From contig OX597814.1 in the NCBI GenBank assembly GCA_951406725.2, positions 99,386,001 through 99,450,000 of the forward strand: a stretch of 64,000 bases of DNA, given 5' to 3'. Below are positions 28,115 through 43,326 of this stretch, piece after piece. The position numbers were made by a program, and so were the translations under genes. The notes below the pieces were generated by a model. It did not search any database, was not told where the DNA came from, and was given only the letters and a program-made list of their open reading frames with translations. Within the stretch, counting starts at the first letter, position 1. Each line of letters opens with the position of its first letter. This DNA is from Octopus vulgaris. Lineage: Eukaryota.

Positions 28115-29372
28115 TTGGGTCATCCCATAAATAATGCGGTTTTTTCAACTGCATGAACTAAAACTCGGAGGGAGACGGGATAAAGTCCCTGCATCAACTT
28201 GCTATAAAAGCAGGTAGTAATTTTACCTTGTTCAAAGTTTGAACAGTGCAGTTATTTTTTCAAAGCGGTAATGGAAGTAACAAAGGAGCATATTCGGAAT
28301 TTTATGCGTTCAATAAAGACAACAACGCAACGGAAAGTGCGAGGAATATTAATTCAGTGTGTAGGGACCAGACAATAAGAGTAAGCCAGTGTCAAAGGTG
28401 GATCCAGAAATTCCGAGCTGGAAACTACAGCCTAGAAGACGAGTCTCGTCCTGGAAGATCTGTAGAGCTCGACGAGGATGCCTTCAAACCTTGGTGGAAC
28501 AAAACCCCATCGTAACAGTTGAGGAACTAAGAGAGAGGTTTTGATTTGGTCATTCAACCATTCATCAACACCTTCATGCCATCGGAAAAGTCAGCAAATT
28601 GGGTCAATGGGACCCTCACAAACTTTCCGAGTTTAATCACGAACAGAAAGTGAATGTGTGCTCTTCTTTGCTGTCACGTATCAAGAATGAACCGTTTTGG
28701 ACCGAATGACTGGTGAGAAATGGGTTCTCTATAAAAATGCCATCGCCGAAGAAAGTGGGTAGGTAAAGGAGAAACACTGGCACGCGAGGCTAAAGAAGGT
28801 CTTCACCTACGTAAGGTGTTGTTATCTGTTTGGTGGGATATGGAAGGTCCACTTTGAACTTTGAAACCCAAACAAAATAATAACAAAGGAGATCAACACC
28901 TTGTAGCTTGAGCGGTTTAAGTCAGTATCTGAAAAAATACCCGGTCATCTTTGGTCTCAATACAAAAGGTGTTCTTCAATGAGGATAATGCTCGACTACA
29001 TACAGCAAGGATGACATTCCAAAGGCTGGAGCAGTTTGAATGGGAAATAAGTCACCACCCATTCACAAGACATTGCTGATATTGGCCAGGCATTACCCCT
29101 TCTGATTATCATTTATTCTGCGATCTTCAAAATCATTTGGACGGGCAAATATGAATTATGTAGACGCGGTCAGAACAGTACTGGAGGAGTATTTTTCGGC
29201 ACGGACTAGTGAATTTTGGAAGAGGAGCCTTGCAAATCTACCAGATAAATAGAAGGGCATTGTAGAAAATGAAGGAAAGTATATTTTAGATTAAAAAGAA
29301 CTTTGTTTTTTTTCATTTTGTAACATAAACTAAAAATAAAAAAAGAATCGCATTGTTTAAAAGATGACCCAA
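28115..29372 (+). mobile_element. Full-length (1258 bp) degenerate mariner transposon with TIRs and TA target
   Basis: Left TA|TTGGGTCATCCCATAAATAATGCGG, right CGCATTGTTTAAAAGATGACCCAA|TA; lies within (TA)n. Confidence 0.92.
28271..29294 (+). pseudogene. Mariner DD34D transposase pseudogene
   Basis: HTH region (NATESARNIN..CQRWIQKFRAGNYSLEDESRPGR), GQWDPHKL, TG-EKWV, EDNARLH, PSDYHLF; many frameshifts and stops. Confidence 0.9.
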
Positions 29373-29638
29373 TATATATATTTACACATTATATGAACGT
29401 ATGTATACGCGCTGTCACATATACGTTTATATATACTTACGTACAGATATATAAATACATACGTATGTTTATAGTTGTTTCTGTCAACGTATGAGATTGC
29501 TGAAGGTGATAATTTTTTTAATAAATTAAAACGTATTTGTGTTATCTTCGTTCCACGAATGTTAGAGAATATGTAGCAATTTACTTTTGCTTTCGGTGTA
29601 TTTCCCACTACCTCACACGCAGTCGTTCTCTGCCAATG

Positions 29639-29698
<60 letters not shown>

Positions 29699-29750
29699 CA
29701 TAAACACACACATATATACATATATGTATATGTGTATATACATATATGTG

Positions 29751-29781
<31 letters not shown>

Positions 29782-29810
29782 GCACACACATACATACAGG
29801 CTTGTGTGTA

Positions 29811-29853
<43 letters not shown>

Positions 29854-29987
29854 TTGTGTGTATGCACATGTTTGAATATATATGCGTGTTTTCGTATTGC
29901 AGCGTAAGTAATATGATTCTTTTTCAACTCTTATATTTTTCCTTTTTTTCCCCCTACGTTTTTCATTTTTCCGTTTTTCCTTTGCCT

Positions 29988-30018
<31 letters not shown>

Positions 30019-30242
30019 TTAACATTTGGTGACCTCTGCACATATGTTTCTATGTTTTTCCAGTAATAACAATCTCACAGCTATACAAGCAGATGGTAGT
30101 GGAAGTTTGCAAGGCACAAGAACTTCACAAGACCGCTTTATGATTAACACAAGTAAATACGATTGGCTAAGGTGTGCAAGCATCGTTTCCACTCGTCAAA
30201 TAAAACCAAAAATCTGATGCCATCCAGCAGTGAAGAAAGGAC

Positions 30243-30321
<79 letters not shown>

Positions 30322-30629
30322 TGTCTGAAAGACAAAAGGATTTGAGTCTGTCGATTCTGCCTTTGGTCAAATCCTTGAGTACTGATTATCCTTTATTGTG
30401 ACAAGACAGTTTTTGTCGTTGCATTTGTCTTATTTTCTCTTCCATTCCCACCTGCTCGTTGACACATTTAACGGTGAACGAACTTGCAACATAATTCACT
30501 AATCGCTAGAAGGCGTGGAAAATATTTACTCGCTAGGTGTCGCTGATGCTCTTTGACAATTAAAAGATGATAGGTCTAATTTAGAGAACCCTTCTTATTT
30601 CGTGGAATACAAATACTCAGAGCGCGTCA

Positions 30630-31200
<571 letters not shown>

Positions 31201-31588
31201 TATCTTCTTTCTCTTCCAGTCTTTTCTCACTCCTCCTTACCATTTCCTCCTCCCTTTCTCTTTAACTTTTTCCTCCCCACCCTAGTTCTCTTTTTCACCA
31301 TTGTTACACTCTCTACAGTGGCGGAGAAGCTTTTAATACGCCTGATGCTCTGCTAAAACATTACCCGAAAATTCTGCCCGAAATCATTCTCTAATGTATT
31401 CATGCGAAAATCAAATATTAAATCTAATAATTTAAGAGAAACTGTCTCTGCAAAGGTAAGATTGACACACGTGTGTCAGATCGACCAGGGTTAATCTGGG
31501 GTTCGTCAAAATGTAGGGTACAGTACTAGCAATAAAGCAAGAACAAGGGTAACAGCAATTTCTATCACAAAATATGTGTGGTAGAAAT

Positions 31589-32293
31589 AGGCGCAGGAGT
31601 GTCTGTGTGGTAAGTAGCTTGCGTCATTAAAGCAAGAGAGTTCATCGGTCGGGTAACGTAAAATTGTAATTGTGTTACATTGTGACAGAGGCTTATTGCC
31701 TCTGAAGAGACTTTTAAAAGTGTAAATCGTAAATTGAAATTTTTGTGAAAATTTTTCGAATTTTTTGTAATTTTTGAAATTTTGTAAATTATTGAAAAAA
31801 AGAACATTGTTTTAGAGAAGCAAAAGTCGGCGGGCGCTTTCTGACTTCTCCCATCACCATCGTCATCCACCACCACCATCATCCATTAATGTCCTTGTCC
31901 AGCCCGCAGCTACTCTGTGTGCTGCCCTAGTGGCAAATTATATAAAATAAAGTAGCTTGCTAACCAGCCACGTGGTTCCGGGTTCAGTCCCAATGCGTGG
32001 CATCTTGGGCAAGTGTCTTCTACTATAGCCCCGGGCCGACCAATGCCTTGTGAGTGGATTTGGTAGACGGAAACTGAAAGAAGCCTGTCGTATATATGTA
32101 TATATATATAAGTGTGTGTGTATATGTTTGTGTGTCTGTGTTTGTCCCCCCTAGCATTGCTTGACAACCGATGCTGGTGTGTTTACGTCCCCGTTACTTA
32201 GCGGTTCGGCAAAAGAGACCGATAGAACAAGTACTGGGCTTACAAAGAATAAGTCCCGGGGTCGATTTGCTCGACTAAAGGCGGTGCTCCAGC
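31589..32293 (+). mobile_element. SINE family B split by a 327-bp insertion (head 31589-31622, remainder 31950-32293)
   Basis: AGGCGCAGGAGTGTCTGTGTGGTAAGTAGCTTGC continues after the insert as AAGTAGCTTGCTAACCAGCCACGTGGTTCCGGGTTCAGTCCC; CORE-like GGCATCTTGGGCAAGTGTCTTCTACTATAGCC. Confidence 0.85.
31623..31949 (+). mobile_element. 5'-truncated retroposon insert (probable Tx1/L1-family 3' UTR) with an 11-bp TSD
   Basis: Flanked by AAGTAGCTTGC at 31612-31622 and 31950-31960; 3' end TCTGTGTGCTGCCCTAGTGGCAAAT resembles the LINE end TCTGTGTGCAGCCCTGTGTGGCCAAT. Confidence 0.7.
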
Positions 32294-32710
32294 TTTGTAC
32301 ATGCTGGATTTCGGTCGAGCGCCCTGTATCTAGTTCTGGAAATTGTATTTCATAAACCACAGACTACGCTAATGATCTTGCAGATGTCTACGTATCCATA
32401 TACGTAAATATTAACAAGTGAAACTAATTAGTACGTAGGTAATGTTTTTTTTATTTTCGTATATTTTCATTTGTCTTATTTTTAAGCTTTGGTTTTTGCT
32501 GAAATTTTTTTTTGAGAACACATTCTTTGTGGTAAATGGCGAGTTTGACGTCTATATCTAGCATACAGGCTGTCCACTATTAGTGGTCATTCCTCTAAAT
32601 TTTGTATGTATAAAATTTTTAATCTTCGGATTTTTAAAATAATATGCTAGGCCACTGGTTTTAATTGATTAATATCAATTTCTACCCTTATTTAATTTTT
32701 AAATATATAT

Positions 32711-32800
32711 AGGAGTGGCTGTGTGGTAAGTAGCTTGCTAACCAACCACATGGTTCCGGGTTCAGTCCCACTGCGTGGCACCTTGGGCAAGTGTCTTCTG

Positions 32801-32804
<4 letters not shown>
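32711..32804 (+). mobile_element. SINE family B head and CORE fragment
   Basis: A-box TGGCTGTGTGGT, B-box GGGTTCAGTCCC, GGCACCTTGGGCAAGTGTCTTC. Confidence 0.85.
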
Positions 32805-32844
<40 letters not shown>

Positions 32845-32894
32845 CGCATTTATAGAAGAAAAAAGACGAAGACAAATGTAGGAACAACAAGCAA

Positions 32895-32960
32895 GTGTAT
32901 TAGTTTGACGTTCGGAAAAATGAGAATGTCTTTTACGTTTCGAACCTACGCTCTTCTTCA

Positions 32961-32962
<2 letters not shown>
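32895..32962 (-). ncRNA. Degenerate Penelope-type minimal hammerhead remnant
   Basis: Minus strand reads TTGAAGA-A-GAGC-GTAG-GTTC-GAAA-CG-TA-AAAGA; C3 and the 5' strand of helix I are lost to (ATT)n. Confidence 0.45.
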
Positions 32963-33000
<38 letters not shown>

Positions 33001-33088
33001 TGAAATAAACGGAGAGAGAATAAAAGAAACCGAATATGTACACACATTCACACGCGCACACACGCACACACGCACACATATTAATATA

Positions 33089-33135
<47 letters not shown>

Positions 33136-33174
33136 TAGTATGTGTATATATTTATATTCGTATATGTATATATG

Positions 33175-33242
<68 letters not shown>

Positions 33243-33358
33243 TGTCAGTATTCAGCTTTATTTCAAGATCTCTTGCCAACAGAGAAAGAGTCGGTTTCTA
33301 ACCTAGATCCAAGACTACTTCATTGTATGTATGTAAATTTTTTTCCATCTCTTTGCAG

Positions 33359-33556
33359 ACAGCATACGTACGTCCGATGGCTTAAGGAGATGCAATCGCC
33401 AAAGTCACGCTTGCTCTTCTGCTGTTGCTAAACCTCCTTCCTCTCCACCTCCTGCCGCTCGACCCTCTTCGACTGCTGCTGCCGCGTCATTCTGTTCACT
33501 TGCTGCCAGATTGGTTCTATTTGCATTTCAGTACTGCCCAGGCGTCATTTCCGGTA
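33359..33556 (+). other. Candidate internal exon (198 nt, symmetric phase 1-1, one open frame)
   Basis: Acceptor tttttttccatctctttgcag, donor A|GTAAGT, GC-rich; the frame from 33361 has no stop. No recognisable domain. Confidence 0.25.
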
Positions 33557-34241
33557 GTAAGTCTGTAATCAAATCTCGCGAGAGGACATCTCTAACTGCT
33601 ATCACTTGACATCAGTTGCCAGTTATCTGTCTGGTAGCAGTCAATGAACCCTATTTAGATATTCATGGCGTGAAGACTTTCTGCTCTGTTTTCCTAGGAT
33701 GATGTGTTTATTTTATTTATTACTGTATTCTAATTCAAGTTGGAGGTAGAAGATTTCTTTACTCCATGGTCGTCGTTTCCATGGTCATCGTCGTCATCGC
33801 CGTCATCATCATCATTATCATTCTCATCTTCCTAATCCCCACGATCACCACCATTATCTTCATCAGCAGAAACAACAAGGGATGAAACAGCAACTGCAGT
33901 CGCGGCGGTAGCAGCAACAGCCGCGGTGACAATGGCTGTAGCAGTGGCTGCAGCAGCAGCAGCATCACCACCACCACCACCACCACCACCACACCAAAAA
34001 TATTTTTCTCTATTTTCGCGTCTTCAATAATGAATGATTTTTACACACAAAACAGTTATATATGCGTGCGTGCGTGCATATGAGTGTATGTATGTGAGTA
34101 TGTGTGAGTGTGTGTGTGTGTGTGTTTGTCTTTGTAAGCATGTATAATAGGTTTTGGGGATCTAACGATACGCCATAAAGCTAAACCGTTTATGGACGGA
34201 AAACCTAAGGTAATCCCATAAAACAGACTTTCTTATTTTTA

Positions 34242-34275
<34 letters not shown>

Positions 34276-34368
34276 ATACATAAAAGTAGATGTTTTTATA
34301 TATAATTATATTACATATATTACATACAGATATATACATACCTATATACATATAAATACATACACCCA

Positions 34369-34418
<50 letters not shown>

Positions 34419-34469
34419 AGAGTGTGTGTGTGAGAGAGAGTGTGTGTGTGTGGTGTGTGTATGTATATA

Positions 34470-34505
<36 letters not shown>

Positions 34506-34622
34506 TGTGTGTATGTATGTATGTATGTGTGTGCTTGTGTGTGTTAGTGTAAATGTTTGTATGTATGGCAGATTTATGTTTGTATGGGATTGTTCAGTTT
34601 CACTTAAATTTATATAGATAAG

Positions 34623-34654
34623 GATAAGATCGATATTTAAATATCGATCTTATC
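34623..34654. repeat. Perfect 32-bp palindrome
   Basis: GATAAGATCGATATTT|AAATATCGATCTTATC equals its own reverse complement. Confidence 0.95.
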
Positions 34655-35031
34655 AAGTGGCCAGGATGAGAATAAAAAAAAACCTTTCAAAGGTAATAAT
34701 TATTTAAAATGATAATTTAGGGTATCTAAGAGATACCACCACGCAGTGTGGTTCTTTCTCTATTTGATTGCAATAAATTACTAAAGTTTAGATTTGACAA
34801 GTAGCTTGCAAATGAATTTAGTTCTCATCCTTCTCATTATCGTCATTATTGACATTTTCATCCAAAACATGGCAATTATGTCCATAATCATCATTCTCGT
34901 TTTGTTTTTAACCAAACATCCAGACTCTGTTTTCGTATTACTTACTATACTAGATTTCGTTTTTTTTACGTCTTTTCCCATTCTGATTTATTCTGATTGT
35001 AATGTTTCATTTACTTACAATACCTCTAAAT

Positions 35032-35075
<44 letters not shown>

Positions 35076-35127
35076 GGTGGTGGTAGTAGTACTAGTAGTA
35101 GTAGTGGTGGTGGTGGTGGTGGTGGTG

Positions 35128-35185
<58 letters not shown>

Positions 35186-35218
35186 TGGTAGTAGTAGTGG
35201 TGGTGGTGGTGGTGGTGG

Positions 35219-35269
<51 letters not shown>

Positions 35270-35939
35270 ATGATAAACGCAAGAAAAGCAACAAGAATAC
35301 TGCGACTTTCGTAATATTTCATGAAGTACAGTGTTTGTTAAACAGAAGTTTCTGATAGAACTCAACAGCAGGTGGTGTCATAAACTTTTGTCTGCGCAAA
35401 ATTAATGTAAAGAAAAAAATATAGAAAAACTTGCGACTGCCATTTTATCTTGCCAGTTTCCTCTTTCAACTGTCGAGGGATAAACATATTAGCCACACCA
35501 GTTATAAATTACAGCTTCAACCTAATATGCTGTGAGATTAGTAATAGGAGAAACTTAGGAAAACCATGAAGGCATTAACAGCCTACCGAAGTCACCACCC
35601 TAATATATACTCAAGCAAAATATACGTACCCCGCTCTATCAGACATAGACAGAGAACTACTATCTAATGACACACCGGTTTCTAAGCACTGGTAGACTAG
35701 AAAACTGCTTTGAAATAAAACGTGGATGACTACTACATGAAATAAGGTATATAAATATATCTTACACACTCACGTACTCCTCACACACACAGAAACACAT
35801 ACACATACAAACAGACGCGTAGACACGCACACACACCTGCGTGCACACACAAACACACACACACACACACACACATAGAATGCCTGCCTCCATACACAAG
35901 GTGGCTATAAAATACAAACCAGAAACAAATTACTCTGAA

Positions 35940-36270
35940 ACAGAACTCAGATGATAACACAAATGAAATGATTAAAGAGACCAAAAAGAAAAATGACAAC
36001 AAAATTACAAATCATACTAAAGAAGAAATGGAGAGAAAAATCACTCCCTGGCCACAAACCTTCAAGGATTACCAGAGAATAAGAGAGCCTAAATCAAAGC
36101 CTTGCTAAGATCAGAAACGTAGGTCTGATTCTCGCTGCTGAAGACCAATGTCTGACCGCAAACATCTATAAATGAAAAACAATGGAAACAGGCCCTAGCA
36201 CCAAATGCAGAATGTGCAACCAACACATTGAGACAATGGAAGACATCAGCTCAGATTTATGCCATTTCTT
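35940..36270 (+). mobile_element. R4/Dong-clade fragment, degenerate
   Basis: LRSETVGLILAAEDQCL..TKCRMCNQHIETMEDISS. Confidence 0.65.
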
Positions 36271-36388
36271 GACCGTAGTAGTGGCCTGAAATTTGGGAAG
36301 AAGTTTATATTAGATTATATCGACCACCTTTATATTATATTAGATTATATAAGATTGTAATATTTATATTATATTAGATTATATCGAC

Positions 36389-36657
36389 AAGGCGGCGAGC
36401 TGGCTTGAGGCGGTGAGCTGGCTTAAGGTGGCGAGCTGGCTGAAACGTTAGCACGCTGGGCGAAATGTTTAGCGGTATTTCGTCTGTCTTTACGTTCTGA
36501 ATTTAAATTCCACCGAGGTCGACTTTGCCTTTCATCCTCTCAGGGTCAATAAAATAAGTACCAATTATGCACTGGGGTCGATGTAATCGACTTAATCCCT
36601 TTGTCTGTTCTTGTTTGTCCCCTCTATGTTTAGCCCCTTGTGAGCAATAAAGAAATA
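36389..36657 (+). mobile_element. Full-length SINE family A (tail 1) with triplicated 18-bp head and 11-bp TSD, nested in an antisense family A copy (about 36280-36822)
   Basis: TSD AGATTATATCG at 36376-36386 and 36658-36668; ends GCCCCTTGTGAGCAATAAAGAAATA. Confidence 0.85.
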
Positions 36658-37124
36658 AGATTATATCGCCCCCCTGTGTTTGACTGGTGCTTATTTCATA
36701 GACCCCCATAAGGATGAAATGCAAAATTAGCCTCGGCGATATTTGAACTCAATGTAAAGATGGACAAAATGCCGGTCAAGCATTTTGCTTGCGTGCTAAT
36801 GATTTTACAAGCTCGCTGCCTTAAAAAAAAAAACAAAAAAAAACAAGCAAACAAAAATGATATTACCAACCATGCAAGAAGTGCAAAACATTGTATTAAC
36901 TGGTCAGTTACACATATTAAGAAGAGGATTGTCGCTGTGAATCTTCTTTCACCCACCCTATATTTTTCTTGTTTTCTTTTTCTCATGTTTTTCTTCTTTC
37001 CCTTTTTTCTCTCTCTCTCTTTCCTACCCTTTTTCCTATCACGTGACTTTGTAAATAAACAACCTGGTGTCAGGAAGAAACTCGGCAAGAAATCGAAACA
37101 AAATTGAATGAGGATAATAAAAAT

Positions 37125-37176
<52 letters not shown>

Positions 37177-37235
37177 GTAATAATAACAACAACAACAACA
37201 ACAACAGCAGCAGCAGCAGCAACATCAGCAGCAAC

Positions 37236-37313
<78 letters not shown>

Positions 37314-38145
37314 CACGAGACGGCGATAGGTCATTCAGTCTTGAAGTAAGAAGAAGAAAACATGGATAAGAAGAATGAAAAGACAACGAATAAGGTAAAC
37401 TGGTAAAATGAAATATGCTAGACCTGTCATGTTTGCACGTCGATGAAGTTTTGATAGGAATTTTCCACTAATATATCTAATGTTGGCTTATGTGGATTTT
37501 TTTCTGTATTTTGTACAAGAACAGTTTTTTCCTACAGATAGCATCGTATATATATCATTGTAACAATAACTTAGCAATGAAAAGTAGTGTCACTTAGGAG
37601 GAAATCAGGAATAGAATACTTCTTAAAGAAGTTTACTACCAACCTGTATCTCTAATAGAGCTAAATACGCCATTGAAGTAAGTTATAGAATGGGGAAAAA
37701 CTTGTTATATAAGATATAGTGAAAGTAAACTTACTGAAAAATACCAATCATATATGGACTTTCAGTGTTATGACTATTCAATCTACCTGCTCAGGTACCT
37801 GACCTGGATGAATGTAACTTTTCTACCCCGGTACCCCAAATGTCCTGATCTTCCATGATAGCCTTCATATCATCGGATTGATGTACGGTGTCTTCTACAA
37901 GATGTTCGATATATACTATTCTTGGTTTGTCGATATCTATATGTATATGCATGGTTTTTCACAGAAGGAGATCGCTGATTATTTCATCTTGCTTCTCCAA
38001 CAGTGTCCTACATATTTTTTCTTCTTCCTCTGATTACCGAGTTCAGTGTAGCAAAACTGCCATTCAGTCGCTGCTTTGTTGGATGAAGCTGCAAAGAAAG
38101 ATTGAGAAAAAGCAAAGATTTCATGCGTATGTACTGTAAATGTAA

Positions 38146-38662
38146 TCTATATATATAAAACTGTAGTTGTGTGAGTGTCTGTCCCCTTCGATTTAGATTC
38201 CTAACTACTCCCACATTTTGCGGTGCAGTTTAACCAAATTTGGGTATCTTATAGTCGTGATTAATATCGAGCCCGTCTGGCTATTAGCGCGCGTCTACGA
38301 TGAGTCTACGATTTTAAAAATAATTTAACATAGTTTTTTATTCCATTTTAATGCATAATTTTTCGTGTGTCGATGGCGGCGGAGTTGGCGTCCACGCTCA
38401 AACACCTGCACCTGTATTTGCTTCTCCCCCTTCTTCCCTCCCTCGTGAAGCTGTGGGGAAGGGAGTGTAAGGAAATCAACGTCGTAAAGCGTTGTCAAGG
38501 AGACCAGCGTTCTTTTAGAACAACGACTTCATGGCTTCAAGACACCAAAACAGAAATGGCTAAGAAAGCCCGAATTGGCATCTATAAGGGAAGTAACTCT
38601 CTAAAAATGCTTATATAGTTATTTCCCTTACAAATCCGAGCAACGCCGGGCGATACTGCTAG
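38146..38662 (+). mobile_element. Non-autonomous Helitron (family H2)
   Basis: A|TCTATATATATAAAA start; end CCGAGCAACGCCGGGCGATACTGCTAG|T (hairpin plus CTAG), inserted between A and T. Confidence 0.9.
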
Positions 38663-39374
38663 TTAAATCTAAAACAGTGAATTTCGAATTTGCAAACCTG
38701 CATTTCGAAATTCGTACACCGACTATATATAAATTAGGAATAGTTATTCAGATAAAGTACAGACAGAATGCAGATTTGAAAATTCTAAACATGCAAGTTA
38801 AGTTTCTAGAATCTATGTCTCAGATGCATTGGCCGAATCATACGTTTTAGTTAATTCACATATATAGTTTAATTGAAGATTGTTAGACTATTTTACGATG
38901 AAATTGTGGAATGTCTATTGTTGTATATATGTAAAATATGTATACATAATGAAATACATTGCTAGATTTCTACATATGTAAATATAGCTTTGAAATGTTT
39001 AAAGACAGTAGTCAAATATCTCTACTACTCAGACACGAAGTAGTATTCCTATGGTGGTAGAGATTAGATGTGTACGTGTGCACGCGTGCATGTGTGAGTA
39101 TATGTGTACGTGTGTAATTATATTTTCTGTGTTAAGAGATGGTAAAAAAGTTACAAGCTCATATCTCAAAAACAATCTATTTTCATCTTTAAATTAATTA
39201 ACAGAAAAAACTATATATTTTTATAAGATGGCTAAGTAAGGATAGAGTGCCATAATTAAGACCGTAGTACTAACAGATCTGCTTTTCGTATTAAGGCTTT
39301 CGAATGCATTTGGTCCTTTTAAGGTTTGCGGATCTGCTTGAATTTTTGATCGGCAATCTCAAATATATATATAT

Positions 39375-39420
<46 letters not shown>

Positions 39421-39506
39421 GTACGCATACAGACATATTTATATATTCCTTATGTATATATATATATATATATTTATCAAAATAAAAACATGATGCAAAG
39501 GATTTA

Positions 39507-39593
39507 GCGGCACATATGTTTCGGGCATTTATTAGACGGTTTATAACAATGCATAATTGATGTAAATGTGTGTCTATAGCCTTCTTCAGCCGC
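39507..39593 (-). ncRNA. Type I hammerhead ribozyme motif (Penelope-like element associated), probably decayed
   Basis: GCGG-CTGAAGA-aGGC..long loop..GCCc-GAAA-CATATG-T-G-CCGC: helix I GCGG/CCGC, intact core, palindromic helix III ACATATGT. Confidence 0.7.
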
Positions 39594-39734
39594 GTACAAT
39601 TACTACTTCAAGGACATGTATTACATTATAAGTTTTACGTTAGGGATGCAAATCCTCATAATCGTGTACGACAGAGCGAGGCACCAAAACAAAATCAAAG
39701 CGTCCATCCCGTTTTTCACTCATTCTACATCGAA

Positions 39735-41370
<1,636 letters not shown>

Positions 41371-42429
41371 TTATGTGTGTGTGTGTGTATGTGTGTGTGT
41401 TTTGTGCGTCAGTGTTTGTTCATGCATGTATGTATGTAGTTAGCTATGTTTGCAACTATATGTATATATCAACGAGAGAGCTTTTGTATCCATGTGTGAA
41501 TGCATATCCATGTTTATGTATATCTATGAATATGTATGCATATACGTACGTTCATGTTAACTGTTGTTTTTCAGCTAGTAATGGCATCAAAAGAATTTCA
41601 CCAGACTTAGAAGTTATCGCCGGCTATCGAATATCCTGATATTCTGTCGTTTACACTTTTTGGGGGTGAGCAAATTACAATGTTTTAAGAGAACTTGATG
41701 AATGCAATGTAAGAACAGAAAAAGAAAAAGAAAAAGATATAATGGTGTAGAAATATTGAGATAAATATACAGATGTGTTTTAAATTGAAATGTTGACAGT
41801 ATTTAATGAGAACCGAATGAGAAGAAAAATAGCGTAAAAAACAAACACAAATAAGACTGCAAAGTAAAAATAACGACAAACAGTATCTATATCGTGAATA
41901 ATAGAAACAGCAACGATATCAATTATAGCCACAACGATACCGAGTATATTTATACTAAAACAAATACTTATTCCACACCATTAGCGTCTCCTCATCACTG
42001 CTTTAATTTCTACTGGTTTTTCACTATTTTATAATTTGTGATTATGTAAGTGTTTAAAGGAAACTGTAAACGAACGTTTTACGGTCTTAGGTTTCGTAGA
42101 ATATTTTCCACCAGTGTTTGTGGGGTGTTGTAAATCTTAATGTTAACTTTTATTTTCTTAGTCTTTCTATATTTTAATTTGTATATTTTTTTCATGTGTA
42201 TTTACCATGTATGTTAAAGCTGTTGTCTGTGTTTCTTACTGTTTGGCCCATTATCACTTCTAACATTTTAAAATATTTTAATTTTAATGTTATTCTACAT
42301 TATTTTTTTACTCAGATTATGTGTCCTATTCTGATATGCAGTAAATAAATAAAAAAAAACAAAAACCAACGTCATGAAATATATAATTAGTAAGTCCCAC
42401 CTAACGTATTCTTAAGGATTGAATCAAAT

Positions 42430-42498
<69 letters not shown>

Positions 42499-42789
42499 GA
42501 TGAATCTTAAATTTAAGGACTGGTAGGGAGATCCCGTCCTCGGCCTTGGTATTCGCTTGACTCGGTTTACAGCTTAGTGAAGGAAACGAGTTATGTGACA
42601 ATATACGATGGCAAATGCTCAATGTCCAGGATTCTCATGAAATGCCACAGGTTTAACGCGTCTGATTCATCAGTGACGGCATATGGAGTTATATGATCAC
42701 ACGGTAGAGAAGAGAAAAAATAAAAAGACAATCTACAAGGGATTTCATATCTTTTCTGTTTGGCTATCAGTTCTCAATTTCTTTATTTT

Positions 42790-43255
42790 TTATTCAATTG
42801 ATTTCATATTTGGGGTATTGGTGTAGTTTTGAATGGCAACTATTGACATGAAACTCATTTTCGCCATAAATAAATAAATAGATAAAGAGTTAATAGCTTT
42901 TATAGCTTGCAAATTTTGAGCAATTTTAGCCAATGGGAAACCACAGACATACAGGTACCTGTTTCCATAGTAACAAGCCAAGCTGTTACCCGTTGCTTAC
43001 CCACGGGGTCATTTTTCGCTTTTCAAATGCGTAAAGCACATGAGGTATGAGGTGGTCGTGAGATGTGCAGTCACACACGATGTGACATCTTCCAAATCCT
43101 GCTTTTTGGCATTGTAAAAATTATCAAAATTTAAAGCTGTAACATTAATTTGTTTTCTGGCAAAGTGAATTAGCCCTTGAGATTCAGCATGGAAAATTGC
43201 ATCAATACACCAAATTTCTAAATTTTTACTAAATTTTAAAATTTCGGTAGAGGCA
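42790..43255. mobile_element. MITE/foldback-like non-autonomous DNA element
   Basis: Imperfect subterminal inverted repeats atttggggtattggtgtagttttgaatg (about 42808) and catggaaaattgcatcaatacaccaaat (about 43190-43215). Confidence 0.45.
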
Positions 43256-43326
43256 ATCAAACAGAAAATATCCGCAAATTCAAGTAAGCCATTATGGTCA
43301 ACCGATAATATAAATATAATATGAAA

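Noticed and set aside
30335-30375. Hairpin AAGGATTTGA..TCAAATCCTT as a pre-miRNA
   Set aside because: Only a 10-bp stem with an unpaired interior; no recognised mature miRNA.
31695-31735. Hammerhead-like CTGAAGA-GACTTTT/AAAAGTG-TAAA
   Set aside because: GAAA core absent and no helix I partner.
42961-42974. RFX X-box-like GTTTCCATAGTAAC
   Set aside because: It lies inside a MITE-like repeat; no promoter context is visible.
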